Assembly (NCBI GenBank): GCA_963700635.1
Contig: CAVOYH010000004.1
Coordinates: 352,001 to 416,000 of the forward strand
Direction: 5' to 3'
Source: an uncultured Bacteroidota bacterium
GTDB taxonomy: Bacteria > Bacteroidota > Ignavibacteria > UBA10030 > UBA6906
DNA length: 64,000 bases
Part shown: positions 1 through 9,984 of the stretch, piece after piece
How positions within the stretch are numbered: position 1 is the stretch's first letter
Layout: each line of letters begins with the position of its first letter
The notes under the pieces: generated by a model
Database searches by the model: none
The model's input: only the letters and a program-made list of their open reading frames with translations
What the model was told of the DNA's origin: nothing
Program-made: the position numbers and the translations under genes

Positions 1-396
1 AAACGAGCCGACAGGGGCTGATGTATCGAACCCCTTTGAGACACTCCAGGGAAGACCTTTTTTCTTGGCGTCGGACTGAATGTCGCGCAGCGTCATATCA
101 AGCCCGACGGCATATCCCTGCACATACTCCATGGCCCGATCCGGACGGATGTCCTTCCCTTCACGTCCGATGAGCAGGACCATCTCCACTTCATAATGAA
201 GTTCATGCGAAAAGGCCGGAATGTGAACAGCACCTCCGTCTTCGAGGAGTGCGCTGGAAGGTTTCAGAAAGAGCACAGGCACCGATGGAACATCGGCGTT
301 CATCTCTTTTGCGTGCTCAATATAGTTCCGTCCGAGACAGATAATCTTGCCTGGACGTACTGTGCGTTCCGAGCCCCCAAATCGAAGGAGAGTCAT
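1..396 (-). CDS. Fumarylacetoacetate hydrolase family protein (partial, runs off the window edge)
   Basis: Not in the ORF track. Manual translation from ATG at 396 gives MTLLRFGGSERTVRPGKIICLGRNYIEHAKEM...FLKPSS...HYEVEMV...GLDMTLRDIQ...GLPWSVSKGFDTSAPVG, carrying the FAH motifs GRNY.EH, FxKP, EvE, D.T.RD and KgFDT. Confidence 0.9.
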   Translation of the reverse strand, partial: MTLLRFGGSERTVRPGKIICLGRNYIEHAKEMNADVPSVPVLFLKPSSALLEDGGAVHIPAFSHELHYEVEMVLLIGREGKDIRPDRAMEYVQGYAVGLDMTLRDIQSDAKKKGLPWSVSKGFDTSAPVGSF

Positions 397-437
397 TGCC
401 AGAATCCTGTCTGCAGCGTCTGTTTATCCACCCTCTT

Positions 438-466
438 AATATAGAGACGCATGGAGAGAATCGCAA
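438..466 (-). promoter_or_regulatory. sigma70-type promoter for the FAH gene
   Basis: Minus strand TTGCGA-N17-TATATT. Confidence 0.55.
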
Positions 467-478
467 GTTATGGCCGTC

Positions 479-507
479 TTGCAATTCCACAAAAAACTGA
501 CTACACT
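479..507 (+). promoter_or_regulatory. sigma70-type promoter for purM
   Basis: TTGCAA(479-484)-N17-TACACT(502-507). It lies downstream of the ORF-track start at 470, which supports the GTG start at 545. Confidence 0.55.
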
Positions 508-544
508 CTTGCACACCAACCTTTTTCACTCCATCGGAGTAGTC

Positions 545-1543
545 GTGGCGATCACATATGCACAAGCGGGGGTCAATATTGCCGCCGGAAATGCCTTCGT
601 CCGCCGTATCAAGAAGGAAGTCCGGTCAACATTTACCGGCAGAGTCCTGAGGGATATTGGTGCATTCGGTTCGTTCGTGGATGCGCGTTTTGTTGGATAT
701 CGTTCACCAGTGCTTGTCTCGAGTGTGGATGGGGTCGGGACAAAGCTCCTGGTGGCACGCCTGGCAGGGAAGCACGATACGGTTGGTCAGGATCTTGTCA
801 ACCATTGTGTGAACGATATTCTCGTATGCGGCGCGACTCCTCTGTACTTTCTCGATTATTTTGCCACGGGGAGGCTGGATCTGCGAATAGCCTCAGACCT
901 CATCAGGGGTTTTTCAAAAGCATGCCGTGAGAACGGGTGCGCGCTTGTTGGAGGCGAGACGGCGGAAATGCCCGGGCTGTATTCAGGCCGGGACTATGAT
1001 CTGGCCGGCATGATTGTGGGTGTGGTGGACCGGCGGAATATACTTGACGGACGCAAGGTGCGGAAGGGAGATGTTCTCATCGGGCTACCGTCTACAGGGC
1101 TCCACACCAACGGCTACTCACTGGCCAGGGCCGTGCTTCTGAAACACTACCGTGTAAGCCAGCGCGTCCCGGAACTCGGGAAGACACTCGCCACCGCCTT
1201 GCTCGCCGTACATCGTTCGTACCTGGCTCCCGTCCGACCGTTGCTGAAGAATCCGGCGCTGCGGGGGATGTCCCATATCACAGGTGGCGGGATCAGCGGC
1301 AATACAAACCGGGTTTTGCCAGAAGGTCTCCGTCTCCGGATAGATTGGGATGCGTGGGGCCGTCCGGAGCTTTTCCGTCTCATCCAGAAGCTCGGGAAAG
1401 TCCCGGAAGCGGACATGCGGAGAACTTTTAACCTCGGTATCGGCCTCATCCTGATAGTCCAGCCGACCTCTGCCGCATCCATCATCCGGTCCCTCCGCCG
1501 GAAAGGCGAAAAACCGGTCGTCATCGGCCATGTAACGGGGTAG
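545..1543 (+). CDS. purM: Phosphoribosylformylglycinamidine cyclo-ligase (AIR synthetase)
   Basis: TYAQAGVNI, DGVGTK, GGETAEMPG, GLHTNGYSL, HITGGG and TFNLGIG motifs. Start chosen at in-frame GTG 545. Confidence 0.97.
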   Translation: MAITYAQAGVNIAAGNAFVRRIKKEVRSTFTGRVLRDIGAFGSFVDARFVGYRSPVLVSSVDGVGTKLLVARLAGKHDTVGQDLVNHCVNDILVCGATPLYFLDYFATGRLDLRIASDLIRGFSKACRENGCALVGGETAEMPGLYSGRDYDLAGMIVGVVDRRNILDGRKVRKGDVLIGLPSTGLHTNGYSLARAVLLKHYRVSQRVPELGKTLATALLAVHRSYLAPVRPLLKNPALRGMSHITGGGISGNTNRVLPEGLRLRIDWDAWGRPELFRLIQKLGKVPEADMRRTFNLGIGLILIVQPTSAASIIRSLRRKGEKPVVIGHVTG

Positions 1544-1850
1544 ATTCCCGGCGCTCCAGCTCCTGTGCGACCTCATCCATGAACCTCTTCCAGCGTGAAA
1601 CGTCCTCGTTGTACCATCGGACCGTCGCCTCGTAGGTATCCCTGGAGATGCCTGTACGATCCAGAACGGCTGCGGCATTGCCGGCAGATGTATGAGCGTC
1701 GGCTTTGGCATTACGTGATCTCAGGGATTCCTGCAGCATGTCACAGTAGACGACAACAAAACGGTCCTGGTCGAGGACCCCCGCTGGGCGAGGGCCGAAT
1801 TGACAGGAAAGGAGGAAAATCAGAGGAAAGAGAGGCGCAAGACGTCGCAT
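1521..1850 (-). CDS. Lipoprotein, DUF4296-like
   Basis: MRRLAPLFPLIFLLSC lipobox followed by a helical domain (VLDRTGISRDTYEATVRWY). Overlaps the purM 3' end by 23 bp. Confidence 0.7.
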   Translation of the reverse strand: MRRLAPLFPLIFLLSCQFGPRPAGVLDQDRFVVVYCDMLQESLRSRNAKADAHTSAGNAAAVLDRTGISRDTYEATVRWYNEDVSRWKRFMDEVAQELERRESTPLHGR

Positions 1851-1856
1851 ATGTGT

Positions 1857-1885
1857 AGAATACGGCTTTGTTTGCAGGAAGTCAA
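1857..1885 (-). promoter_or_regulatory. sigma70-type promoter, probably leaderless, for the DUF4296-like lipoprotein
   Basis: Minus strand TTGACT-N17-TATTCT, then 6 nt, then ATG at 1850. Confidence 0.65.
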
Positions 1886-1906
1886 CGCAGAGTGGGCGGG
1901 GATTTC

Positions 1907-1935
1907 TTGACTTTAAGAGCCAGGGTGGGTATATT
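1907..1935 (+). promoter_or_regulatory. sigma70-type promoter of efp-accB-accC-gcvH
   Basis: TTGACT(1907-1912)-N17-TATATT(1930-1935). Confidence 0.75.
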
Positions 1936-1976
1936 AATGTTCCATTTCTGATCACCCTTGAATTGCCTTAATCTCT

Positions 1977-2540
1977 ATGCCGTCTACTTCTGACTTCCGA
2001 CCCGGATTGGTCATCAAATACAACACTGAATTATGGACCGTCGTGGAGTTTCAGCACGTCAATCCGGGAAATTGGCGCGCCTTTGTACGAACGAAGCTGA
2101 AGAACCTGAAAAGCGGCAAAGTTATCGAAAACCGCTTCCGTGCGGGTGAGGCAATTGAGATCATCCGGATTGAACGCAAGGAATTCCAGTTTCTCTATCG
2201 GGATGCAAGCGGCTATGTCTTTATGGACAAAAGTGACTACGAGCAGCTTACCGTGCAGCAGGAACAGATAGGCGATGGAGCATTGTTTCTGAAGGATGGC
2301 GAGTCGGTGGATATTCTCTTTAACGGCACGGACATTACGGGTGTGGAAATCCCCATTACGGTTGAATTAAAAGTTGTGGAGACCGTCCCCGGCGTGCGGG
2401 GTGATAGTGCCAATGCAGGAACAAAGCCAGCTCAGGTCGAGACCGGTGCAAATGTGAATGTGCCACTCTTTATCAATGAGGGGGATCAGATCAAGATCGA
2501 CACGCGGACGGGGGGCTACATCGAGCGGGTGAAGAATTGA
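1977..2540 (+). CDS. efp: Translation elongation factor P (PGNW loop variant)
   Basis: 187 aa. [35 protein letters not shown] and VPLFINEGD...DTRTGGY motifs. Confidence 0.97.
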   Translation: MPSTSDFRPGLVIKYNTELWTVVEFQHVNPGNWRAFVRTKLKNLKSGKVIENRFRAGEAIEIIRIERKEFQFLYRDASGYVFMDKSDYEQLTVQQEQIGDGALFLKDGESVDILFNGTDITGVEIPITVELKVVETVPGVRGDSANAGTKPAQVETGANVNVPLFINEGDQIKIDTRTGGYIERVKN

Positions 2541-2562
2541 AGCACACATCCGTGGAGAGCCA

Positions 2563-3066
2563 ATGGACCTAGTTTTGGTAAAGAAGTTGGTAAAGCTTCT
2601 GTCTGAAAGTGATGTCGATGAAATCGAGATCGAAGAAGAGGGCAAGAAGATCCGGATCGCAAAGCATCCGCAACGTGGCGGAGCGATAGGAACCGGCGGA
2701 CCCGGGCAGTGGGTGCCGGAACAAGCAAGGCAGGATATGCACCATCTGCCTGCTGCCGCGCCGGCTTCAGCCGCCGCACATCCTCCGGTGTCTGTACCGC
2801 CCTTGCCGGCTCCTCCGGCAGACAATATTCACGAAATCCATTCTCCGATCGTAGGTACGTATTATCACGCACCTGCTCCGGACGCAGCGCCATTTGTCCA
2901 GATCGGGTCTGTCATCCAGCCCGGTACTGTGCTCTGCATAGTCGAGGCGATGAAGCTGATGAACGAAATTGAAGCTGACGTCGCCGGCAAAATCATCAAG
3001 ATCCTCGTCGAAAACGGACAACCTGTCGAGTACGGCCAGGTGCTGTTCGTTCTCGAAAAATCGTAA
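2563..3066 (+). CDS. accB: Acetyl-CoA carboxylase biotin carboxyl carrier protein
   Basis: EAMKLMNEI biotinylation motif, SPIVGTYY, and a Pro/Ala-rich linker. Confidence 0.97.
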   Translation: MDLVLVKKLVKLLSESDVDEIEIEEEGKKIRIAKHPQRGGAIGTGGPGQWVPEQARQDMHHLPAAAPASAAAHPPVSVPPLPAPPADNIHEIHSPIVGTYYHAPAPDAAPFVQIGSVIQPGTVLCIVEAMKLMNEIEADVAGKIIKILVENGQPVEYGQVLFVLEKS

Positions 3067-3094
3067 TTTCTCGCCCGAACTCCGGAATATCCGC

Positions 3095-4441
3095 GTGTTC
3101 AAAAAGGTCCTCATTGCCAATCGCGGGGAAATCGCCCTGCGCATCATCCGGGTCTGCAAGCAGTTCGGCATCAAAACCGTTGCCGTGTACTCGCAAGCCG
3201 ACATGGATTCCCTTCACGTGCGATTTGCCGATGAAGCTGTCTGTATTGGTCCGCCTCCCGGCAAGGAAAGCTACCTGAAGATCCCACGGATCATCGCGGC
3301 CGCCGAAATCACCAACGTTGATGCGATCCACCCCGGATACGGCTTCCTCGCAGAAAACGCCAGTTTTGCAGAAATCTGCACCTCCACCGGTATCAAGTTC
3401 ATCGGACCGAGCGCGGAAATGATCTCCCAGATGGGAGACAAGGCGTTGGCGAAGGAAACCATGAAGAAAGCCGGAGTGCCTGTCGTCCCCGGCAGTGAAG
3501 GCATCGTCAAATCAGCCGGCGAGGCCATTGAGATCGCCAAAGAGTTTGGCTTCCCCGTGATCATCAAGGCTGTAGCGGGTGGCGGGGGTAGGGGCATGCG
3601 GATCGTTCGTGAAGAAGCCGAGATGGAGCAGGCGATCATGACCGCTCAGCACGAAGCCGAACAGGCCTTTGCAAACCCGGGTGTCTATGTCGAGAAATTT
3701 GTCGAGCAACCGCACCACATTGAGATCCAGGTGTTCGGGGATCAGCAGGGAAACGCGATCCACTTTGGTGAGCGGGACTGTTCCGTGCAGCGGCGGCATC
3801 AGAAGCTCATCGAAGAATCTCCCTCCCCGTTTGTTGATGAGGTCCTGCGCAAAAAGATGGGTGAAGCCGCGATAAAGGGGTGCAAAGCTGTCGGCTACGA
3901 AAATGCAGGGACCATCGAGTTCCTGGTGGACAAGGATAAGAACTTTTATTTTATGGAGATGAATACAAGAATCCAGGTCGAGCACCCCGTCACGGAGCAG
4001 GTGACCGGCCACGATCTTGTGAAACTCCAGCTTCAGGTGGCCGCGGGTGAACGCCTGCCCCGGAAGAAAATCGTGCCTCGCGGACATTCTATCGAGTGCC
4101 GGATCAACGCCGAAGATCCGGCGCAGAACTTCCGGCCGAATCCGGGAAAGATAACGGACTTCCACATGCCCGGGGGATTCGGCGTGCGAGTCGATACCCA
4201 CGTGTATGCCGGCTATCACGTTCCCCCGTACTATGATTCCCTTATCGCCAAACTCGTCGTGTTCGCACAAACGCGCGATGGAGCCGTTTCAAAAATGTCG
4301 TCGGCTCTCGATGAATTCACCATCGAAGGGATCAAGACCACCATACCGTTCCACCGTCAGGTTATGAAGGACGATCGGTTCAGACGGGGAAAATTCGACA
4401 CAAGCTTTCTTGACGCATTTCAGTTTGTCCCAGAGGTGTGA
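3095..4441 (+). CDS. accC: Acetyl-CoA carboxylase biotin carboxylase subunit
   Basis: [45 protein letters not shown] and [14 protein letters not shown] motifs. GTG start at 3095. Confidence 0.97.
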   Translation: MFKKVLIANRGEIALRIIRVCKQFGIKTVAVYSQADMDSLHVRFADEAVCIGPPPGKESYLKIPRIIAAAEITNVDAIHPGYGFLAENASFAEICTSTGIKFIGPSAEMISQMGDKALAKETMKKAGVPVVPGSEGIVKSAGEAIEIAKEFGFPVIIKAVAGGGGRGMRIVREEAEMEQAIMTAQHEAEQAFANPGVYVEKFVEQPHHIEIQVFGDQQGNAIHFGERDCSVQRRHQKLIEESPSPFVDEVLRKKMGEAAIKGCKAVGYENAGTIEFLVDKDKNFYFMEMNTRIQVEHPVTEQVTGHDLVKLQLQVAAGERLPRKKIVPRGHSIECRINAEDPAQNFRPNPGKITDFHMPGGFGVRVDTHVYAGYHVPPYYDSLIAKLVVFAQTRDGAVSKMSSALDEFTIEGIKTTIPFHRQVMKDDRFRRGKFDTSFLDAFQFVPEV

Positions 4442-4474
4442 CGTTTTGGATACGGTTATAGCAAGGAGCACTCC

Positions 4475-4855
4475 ATGAGCCTTCCTGAAAACCTCAAGTA
4501 CACAAAAGACCACGAGTGGGTTCTGGTGGAGGGGATGGTAGGAACGGTGGGCATCACGAACCACGCCCAGGGCGAACTTGGCGATGTGGTGTTCGTGGAG
4601 TTGCCTGCCATGGGGAGGAGTCTGAAGCGCGGCGACTCATTCGGGACGATTGAAGCGGTAAAAGCAGTCGCCGATCTCTACGCGCCCGTCTCGGGGAGTA
4701 TTGCCGAAATTAATGGAGAACTCTCGGGGACTCCCGAGATCGTGAACAAGGATCCGTACGGCAAGGGATGGATGGTAAAGATCCGTCTGACCCACCCCGA
4801 TGAGGTGAAGGACCTGTTGGACGCAGCCGGGTACAAAGCCCTGTTGGGTACGTAA
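4475..4855 (+). CDS. gcvH: Glycine cleavage system H protein (lipoyl carrier)
   Basis: YTKDHEW, LGDVVFVELP, IEAVKAV (lipoyl Lys) and VNKDPYGKGW motifs. AAGGAG RBS. Confidence 0.96.
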   Translation: MSLPENLKYTKDHEWVLVEGMVGTVGITNHAQGELGDVVFVELPAMGRSLKRGDSFGTIEAVKAVADLYAPVSGSIAEINGELSGTPEIVNKDPYGKGWMVKIRLTHPDEVKDLLDAAGYKALLGT

Positions 4856-4859
4856 AACC

Positions 4860-7739
4860 CTACGGCTGCCGCTCATATGTTTCGACGGGCGGGCAGGTAC
4901 ACACCAGATTTCTGTCGCCGTAAGGGTTGTTCACACGGCTGACCACCGGCCAGAATTTCTGCGTCCGTGTCCACGGGGCAGGGAATGCAGCCTTCTCCCG
5001 GCTGTACGGCAACTTCCACGTATCTGCAACAACAACCTCTGCCGTGTGCGGCGCGTTTTTCAGAACATTCGCACTCCTGTCCGCTTTTCCTGTTTCGATC
5101 TCCCTGATTTCCTCCCTGATCAAAATCAACGCATCACAGAATCTGTCGAGTTCCGCCTTTGCCTCACTTTCCGTCGGCTCGATCATCAACGTCCCGGCGA
5201 CAGGGAACGACACAGTCGGAGCGTGAAAGCCGTAATCCATGAGCCGCTTGGCCACATCCTCGGCTTCAATCCCTGCTGAGGCCTTGAACCCTCGAAGGTC
5301 GATAATAAATTCGTGAGCGACGCGGTTGTTGATGCCTGTGTAGAGGATGGGGAAGTGTGCCTCGAGCCGTTTAGCCATGTAATTGGCATTCAGGATTGCC
5401 ATCATGGTGGCCTGTCGTAATCCTTCAGAACCCATCATGGCAATATAGGCCCAGGATATGAGGACGATATTGGCGCTGCCATACGGGGCTGCCGAGACGG
5501 GGCCGATCGCGTCCTCACCGCCGGTGGGGACAACCGGATGGCCGGGGAGAAACGGCGCAAGCTGGGTGGTCACGGCAATGGGTCCCATGCCGGGGCCCCC
5601 TCCTCCATGGGGTATGCAGAACGTTTTGTGGAGGTTAATGTGGCACACATCTGCTCCGAGTTCGGCCGGGCGGCACAGGCCCACCTGTGCGTTCATGTTT
5701 GCGCCGTCCATATAGACAAGCCCGCCGTGTGCATGAATGATGCTGCAAATGTCCTTGATGGTTTCTTCAAAGACCCCGTGCGTCGAAGGGTAGGTGATCA
5801 TGAGGGCGGCGAGATGGTCGCGATGTTCGCCTGCCTTTGTGCGGAGGTCAGCAACGTCGATATTTCCCCGATCGTCGCACCGGACAATCACGACCCGCAT
5901 ACCGGCCATCACAGCGCTTGCGGGGTTTGTGCCGTGGGCGGAAGAGGGGATCAGACAGACGTTGCGGCCGGCTCCGCCATGGGCGTCTAAATAAGCGCGA
6001 ATAACAAGGAGTCCGGCATATTCGCCCTGGGCTCCGGCGTTTGGCTGCAGTGATGCCGCGGCAAACCCTGTAATGTCGGTCAGCCAGGTTGAAAGTTCGC
6101 GGAAGATTTCGGTGTATCCCCGGGCTTGTTCCGCCGGTGCAAAAGGGTGCACCCCGGCGAAGGCGGGCCAGGTTATCGGTATCATCTCCGCAGTCGCGTT
6201 CAGTTTCATTGTGCATGACCCGAGGGGGATCATGCTGACGTTGAGGGCCAGATCCCGTGTTTCGAGCATGTGCAGGTAACGCAGCATCTGCGTCTCTGAA
6301 TGATGCGTGTTGAAGACGGGATGGGTAAGATACGGCGTTGTCCGGGCCTGCGGCCCTGCGTAACCCGGCGTGGATGTCGATGCCCACGCCTGGATGTCCC
6401 TGACGCCCCGTCTGCCTCCCGAGAAGACCATCAGGAGATCTCCAAGCTCCGCGGGTGTTGATTGTTCATCCAGTGTTATGCCGATCGTGCCGTCGTCAAA
6501 GTAGCGCAAATTGTAGCCGAGACTTCCGGCGTATTTGCGGACGGCTTCCGCCTTGAGTCTCCGGGGCTGGACCCTCAGCGTATCGACGTACGCATCGTGT
6601 ACAAGCGTATGACCTGCTTCCTTGAGTCCGCGGGCAAGAAGCCCCGTGTACTCATGAATTCTGGTTGCGATCTTCCTGATGCCGGCCGGTCCATGATACA
6701 CCGCGTACATCCCGGCCATGACGGCAAGCAGAACCTGCGCCGTGCAAATATTTGAAGTCGCCTTTTCTCTGCGTATGTGCTGTTCACGGGTTTGAAGCGC
6801 CATGCGCAACGCCGGTTTTTGCTGGGCGTCGATCGACAGGCCGATAATGCGGCCTGGCATGTGTCGTTTGTATGCATCACGTGTGGCGAGGAAGCCTGCA
6901 TGCGGTCCACCATACCCCATGGGTACGCCGAAACGTTGTGCGCTTCCAACGACGGCGTCGGCGCCAAACTCGCCCGGTGGAGTGAGTAACGCCAGTGACA
7001 GGAGGTCTGCGGCGATGCCTACGCGTACGCCCCCAGCATGTGCGGAGTCGATAAACCGGCTGTAGTCGTACACTGCTCCGTCGCTGGCGGGATATTGCAG
7101 CAAGGCCCCGAACAGCGCCGGGGTGATAGCCACCGTGCGATGGTCGCCGGCGAGAATCTGGATGCCCAGGGGTTTTGCTCTTGTCCGGAGAAGCGCAATC
7201 GTCTGTGGATGGCACTCTTCCGAAACAAAGAAGGTCCCCCCCGGGGGATGTTCTTTTGTCGCGTGGAAGAGGATCATAAGCTCGGCCGCAGCAGTTGCCT
7301 CATCAAGCAACGATGCGTTTGTCACCTCCATCGCCGTCAAATCGATAATCATGGTTTGAAAGTTAAGCAATGCTTCCAGCCTGCCCTGGGCGATCTCTGC
7401 CTGGTAGGGGGTGTAGGCGGTGTACCATCCGGGGTTTTCTAGGACGTTTCGAAGAATGACGGGAGGGGTGATCGTGCCGGCATAGCCCATACCGATCAGG
7501 CTCCGGAACCGGTGGTTCATCCCTGCAAAGTGGGAGGCTTTTTCCAGCATCTGATTTTCCGTGAGCGGGTCGCCGATGTGCAGGGGCTGCTCCGACCGGA
7601 GTGTGTGCGGGATAACCGTGGCGATAAATTCATCAAGCGACGTGGTGCCCAGAGCTGCAAGAAGAGCCGGGAGGGACTCGGGGCCTGGCCCGATGTGGCG
7701 CCGCATAAAAGAGGCATCAGGAGACAGGTTTATTGGCAT
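4860..7739 (-). CDS. gcvP: Glycine dehydrogenase (decarboxylating), single-chain P protein
   Basis: 959 aa. [55 protein letters not shown] (PLP Lys) and [11 protein letters not shown] motifs. Confidence 0.97.
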   Translation of the reverse strand: MPINLSPDASFMRRHIGPGPESLPALLAALGTTSLDEFIATVIPHTLRSEQPLHIGDPLTENQMLEKASHFAGMNHRFRSLIGMGYAGTITPPVILRNVLENPGWYTAYTPYQAEIAQGRLEALLNFQTMIIDLTAMEVTNASLLDEATAAAELMILFHATKEHPPGGTFFVSEECHPQTIALLRTRAKPLGIQILAGDHRTVAITPALFGALLQYPASDGAVYDYSRFIDSAHAGGVRVGIAADLLSLALLTPPGEFGADAVVGSAQRFGVPMGYGGPHAGFLATRDAYKRHMPGRIIGLSIDAQQKPALRMALQTREQHIRREKATSNICTAQVLLAVMAGMYAVYHGPAGIRKIATRIHEYTGLLARGLKEAGHTLVHDAYVDTLRVQPRRLKAEAVRKYAGSLGYNLRYFDDGTIGITLDEQSTPAELGDLLMVFSGGRRGVRDIQAWASTSTPGYAGPQARTTPYLTHPVFNTHHSETQMLRYLHMLETRDLALNVSMIPLGSCTMKLNATAEMIPITWPAFAGVHPFAPAEQARGYTEIFRELSTWLTDITGFAAASLQPNAGAQGEYAGLLVIRAYLDAHGGAGRNVCLIPSSAHGTNPASAVMAGMRVVIVRCDDRGNIDVADLRTKAGEHRDHLAALMITYPSTHGVFEETIKDICSIIHAHGGLVYMDGANMNAQVGLCRPAELGADVCHINLHKTFCIPHGGGGPGMGPIAVTTQLAPFLPGHPVVPTGGEDAIGPVSAAPYGSANIVLISWAYIAMMGSEGLRQATMMAILNANYMAKRLEAHFPILYTGINNRVAHEFIIDLRGFKASAGIEAEDVAKRLMDYGFHAPTVSFPVAGTLMIEPTESEAKAELDRFCDALILIREEIREIETGKADRSANVLKNAPHTAEVVVADTWKLPYSREKAAFPAPWTRTQKFWPVVSRVNNPYGDRNLVCTCPPVETYERQP

Positions 7740-7801
7740 AGGAAGTCGTAACTGGCGATTGTGATATGAGGGTTAGGCAGGAAGTGCCAAATTATGTGTT
7801 G

Positions 7802-7830
7802 AAGATACGGAGAACACTTCTGATATTCAA
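7802..7830 (-). promoter_or_regulatory. sigma70-type promoter for gcvP
   Basis: Minus strand TTGAAT-N17-TATCTT. Confidence 0.55.
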
Positions 7831-7851
7831 TGAGTACATCCTGTCAGAAGG

Positions 7852-7867
7852 TTCCCAAACTTGGGAA
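7852..7867. promoter_or_regulatory. Perfect inverted repeat (candidate operator) in the gcvP/OTC divergent region
   Basis: TTCCCAA-AC-TTGGGAA. Confidence 0.35.
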
Positions 7868-7980
7868 AACAGGCGGAGTTTTCACAGGAAACCGGCGTTT
7901 AAGTGAGTTAAACCCTACCCACCTCTGGGCATACTATTTGAGCTTTCTGAGTCACCCTTCCACCAGGCGGAGACTGTTCC

Positions 7981-8937
7981 ATGAAGAAAAAAACAACAAC
8001 GACCAGGAAAACGACCCTCCGGGGTCGGGACTTTCTCTCTGTTGACGATTTTTCTCCGGCGGAGATCAGATCCCTGCTCACGCTGACGGCGGAAATCAAA
8101 GCGCGCCCAAAACGGTACCGGCGATCTCTTGACGGCAAGATGATGGCGCTGATCTTTGAAAAACCATCGCTGCGCACACGCACCACGTTTACCGTAGGCA
8201 TCAAACAACTCGGGGGTGATTCGTTGCTCCTGACGCCCGCCGACATCAACCTCGGCAAACGTGAATCTGTCTATGACGTCGCGAAAAACCTTGAGCGGAT
8301 GGTGGATGGGATTATGATCCGCACATTCGGCCACGACATCTGCACAGGCCTCGCACACCATGCGTCAATTCCGGTGATCAACGGCCTGACCGATCTGGAA
8401 CACCCCTGCCAGGCAATGGCGGACATCTTCACCGTGATCGAACACAAGAAGAACGTAAAACGGCTTAAGCTCAGCTACATCGGTGACGGGAACAACGTTG
8501 CCCATTCGTTGATGCTGATTGCCGCTAAATTGGGCGCCACCATGTTTGTGGCGACTCCTGAAGAGTTCAAACCGCAGCAGGGTATCATGGATCGTTCCCT
8601 CGCACTCGCAGCGGAGACGGGCGCTCGAATACTCTGGACGGCTGACCCGGTTGAGGCAGCACGGGAGGCCGATATGATCTACACAGATACCTGGGCGAGT
8701 ATGGGACAGGAATCGGAGGCGGAGTCCCGCCGGAAGATTTTCGCGCCGTATCAGGTGAACATGGATCTCTTTTCGCACGCTCACGAAGATGCACTCTTTA
8801 TGCACTGCTTGCCGGCGCATCGCGGGGAGGAGGTTACCGATGAGGTGATCGACTCGCCGCATTCGGTGGTCTTCCAGGAAGCGGAAAACCGGCTGCACGC
8901 CCAGAAAGCAATCATGCTTACGTTGTTACGGAAATAA
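7981..8937 (+). CDS. argF: Ornithine carbamoyltransferase (probably catabolic, ArcB role)
   Basis: FEKPSLRTRTTF, HPCQ, GDGNNV, DTWASMG, HCLP and AENRLH motifs. Confidence 0.95.
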   Translation: MKKKTTTTRKTTLRGRDFLSVDDFSPAEIRSLLTLTAEIKARPKRYRRSLDGKMMALIFEKPSLRTRTTFTVGIKQLGGDSLLLTPADINLGKRESVYDVAKNLERMVDGIMIRTFGHDICTGLAHHASIPVINGLTDLEHPCQAMADIFTVIEHKKNVKRLKLSYIGDGNNVAHSLMLIAAKLGATMFVATPEEFKPQQGIMDRSLALAAETGARILWTADPVEAAREADMIYTDTWASMGQESEAESRRKIFAPYQVNMDLFSHAHEDALFMHCLPAHRGEEVTDEVIDSPHSVVFQEAENRLHAQKAIMLTLLRK

Positions 8938-8938
8938 T

Positions 8939-9889
8939 ATGGGGAAACTCATCCTCGTTGCGGTCGGCGGCAACGCGCTTATTCGGGGGGGACAGAAGGG
9001 GACCGCGCAAGAGCAGTTTGAAAACGCCGTCGAAACGGCGCGCGCGATCGTACGGCTTATCAAGTCCGGACATCGTGTGGTGCTTACCCACGGCAATGGG
9101 CCCCAGGTGGGGGCCATGCTGACGCGCGCGGAGCTTGCCGCCGCGCATGCCTACCGCCTCCCCCTTGATTGTTGCGTCGCCGCCACACAGGGTGAAATCG
9201 GATACGTGTTGCAGTATGCTATGTGGCAGGCGATGCAACAGGAAGGCCTGCGCGTGCCCGTCGTGTCACTGATCACGCAGGTGCTTGTGGATCGTGCCGA
9301 CCCCGCTTTCCAACGGCCCACCAAACCGATCGGTCCGTTTTACACTCAGGACGTGGCCGAGCGATACCGGGATCTGTTCGATTGGGTGATCGTTGAAGAC
9401 TCCTCACGGGGCTATCGCAGGGTGGTCTCTTCTCCCGAACCAAGAGAAATCATTGAACTGGAAGCCATCCAGGCCTGCGTTGACCGCGGACTGGTCGTGA
9501 TTGCAGGGGGCGGCGGGGGCATTCCGGTGTTTAATGATCATGACCTCTCAAAAGGCGTGGAGGCGGTGATTGATAAGGACCACACATCGGCGATTCTCGC
9601 ATCACAGCTGCATGCCGATCTCTTTCTCGTCGCCACGGACGTCGAAAAAGTGTGCCTGGACTATAAAAAACCTACCCAGCGCATGCTGGATACGGTGACC
9701 GTCAGCGAATGTTGCCGGCATCTTGATTCCGGCCAATTTCCGGCAGGAAGTATGGGGCCCAAGATACATGCAGCCATGGTCTTCCTCTCTCGCGGCGGGA
9801 AGGAAACGATTATCACAAATCATAAGCATATGTTTGACGCCGTGGATGGACGTGGTGGTACACACATCATTCCCGATCCTGACTCGTAG
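8939..9889 (+). CDS. arcC: Carbamate kinase
   Basis: VAVGGNAL, THGNGPQVG, PTKPIGPFY, RRVVSSPEP, GGGGIPV, EAVIDKD and GSMGPK motifs. Confidence 0.96.
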   Translation: MGKLILVAVGGNALIRGGQKGTAQEQFENAVETARAIVRLIKSGHRVVLTHGNGPQVGAMLTRAELAAAHAYRLPLDCCVAATQGEIGYVLQYAMWQAMQQEGLRVPVVSLITQVLVDRADPAFQRPTKPIGPFYTQDVAERYRDLFDWVIVEDSSRGYRRVVSSPEPREIIELEAIQACVDRGLVVIAGGGGGIPVFNDHDLSKGVEAVIDKDHTSAILASQLHADLFLVATDVEKVCLDYKKPTQRMLDTVTVSECCRHLDSGQFPAGSMGPKIHAAMVFLSRGGKETIITNHKHMFDAVDGRGGTHIIPDPDS

Positions 9890-9984
9890 GATGATCTGTC
9901 GTGTTGAACACAACCCCCGGGTGGCAGAGGTGCATTTCGAAAATGAGAATTCAACAATCCAGTTTGCCTTGAGGAGATGGTGTT

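Noticed and set aside
7740-7980. Possible glycine riboswitch upstream of gcvP
   Set aside because: No recognisable aptamer motifs, and the predicted leader is only about 55 nt.
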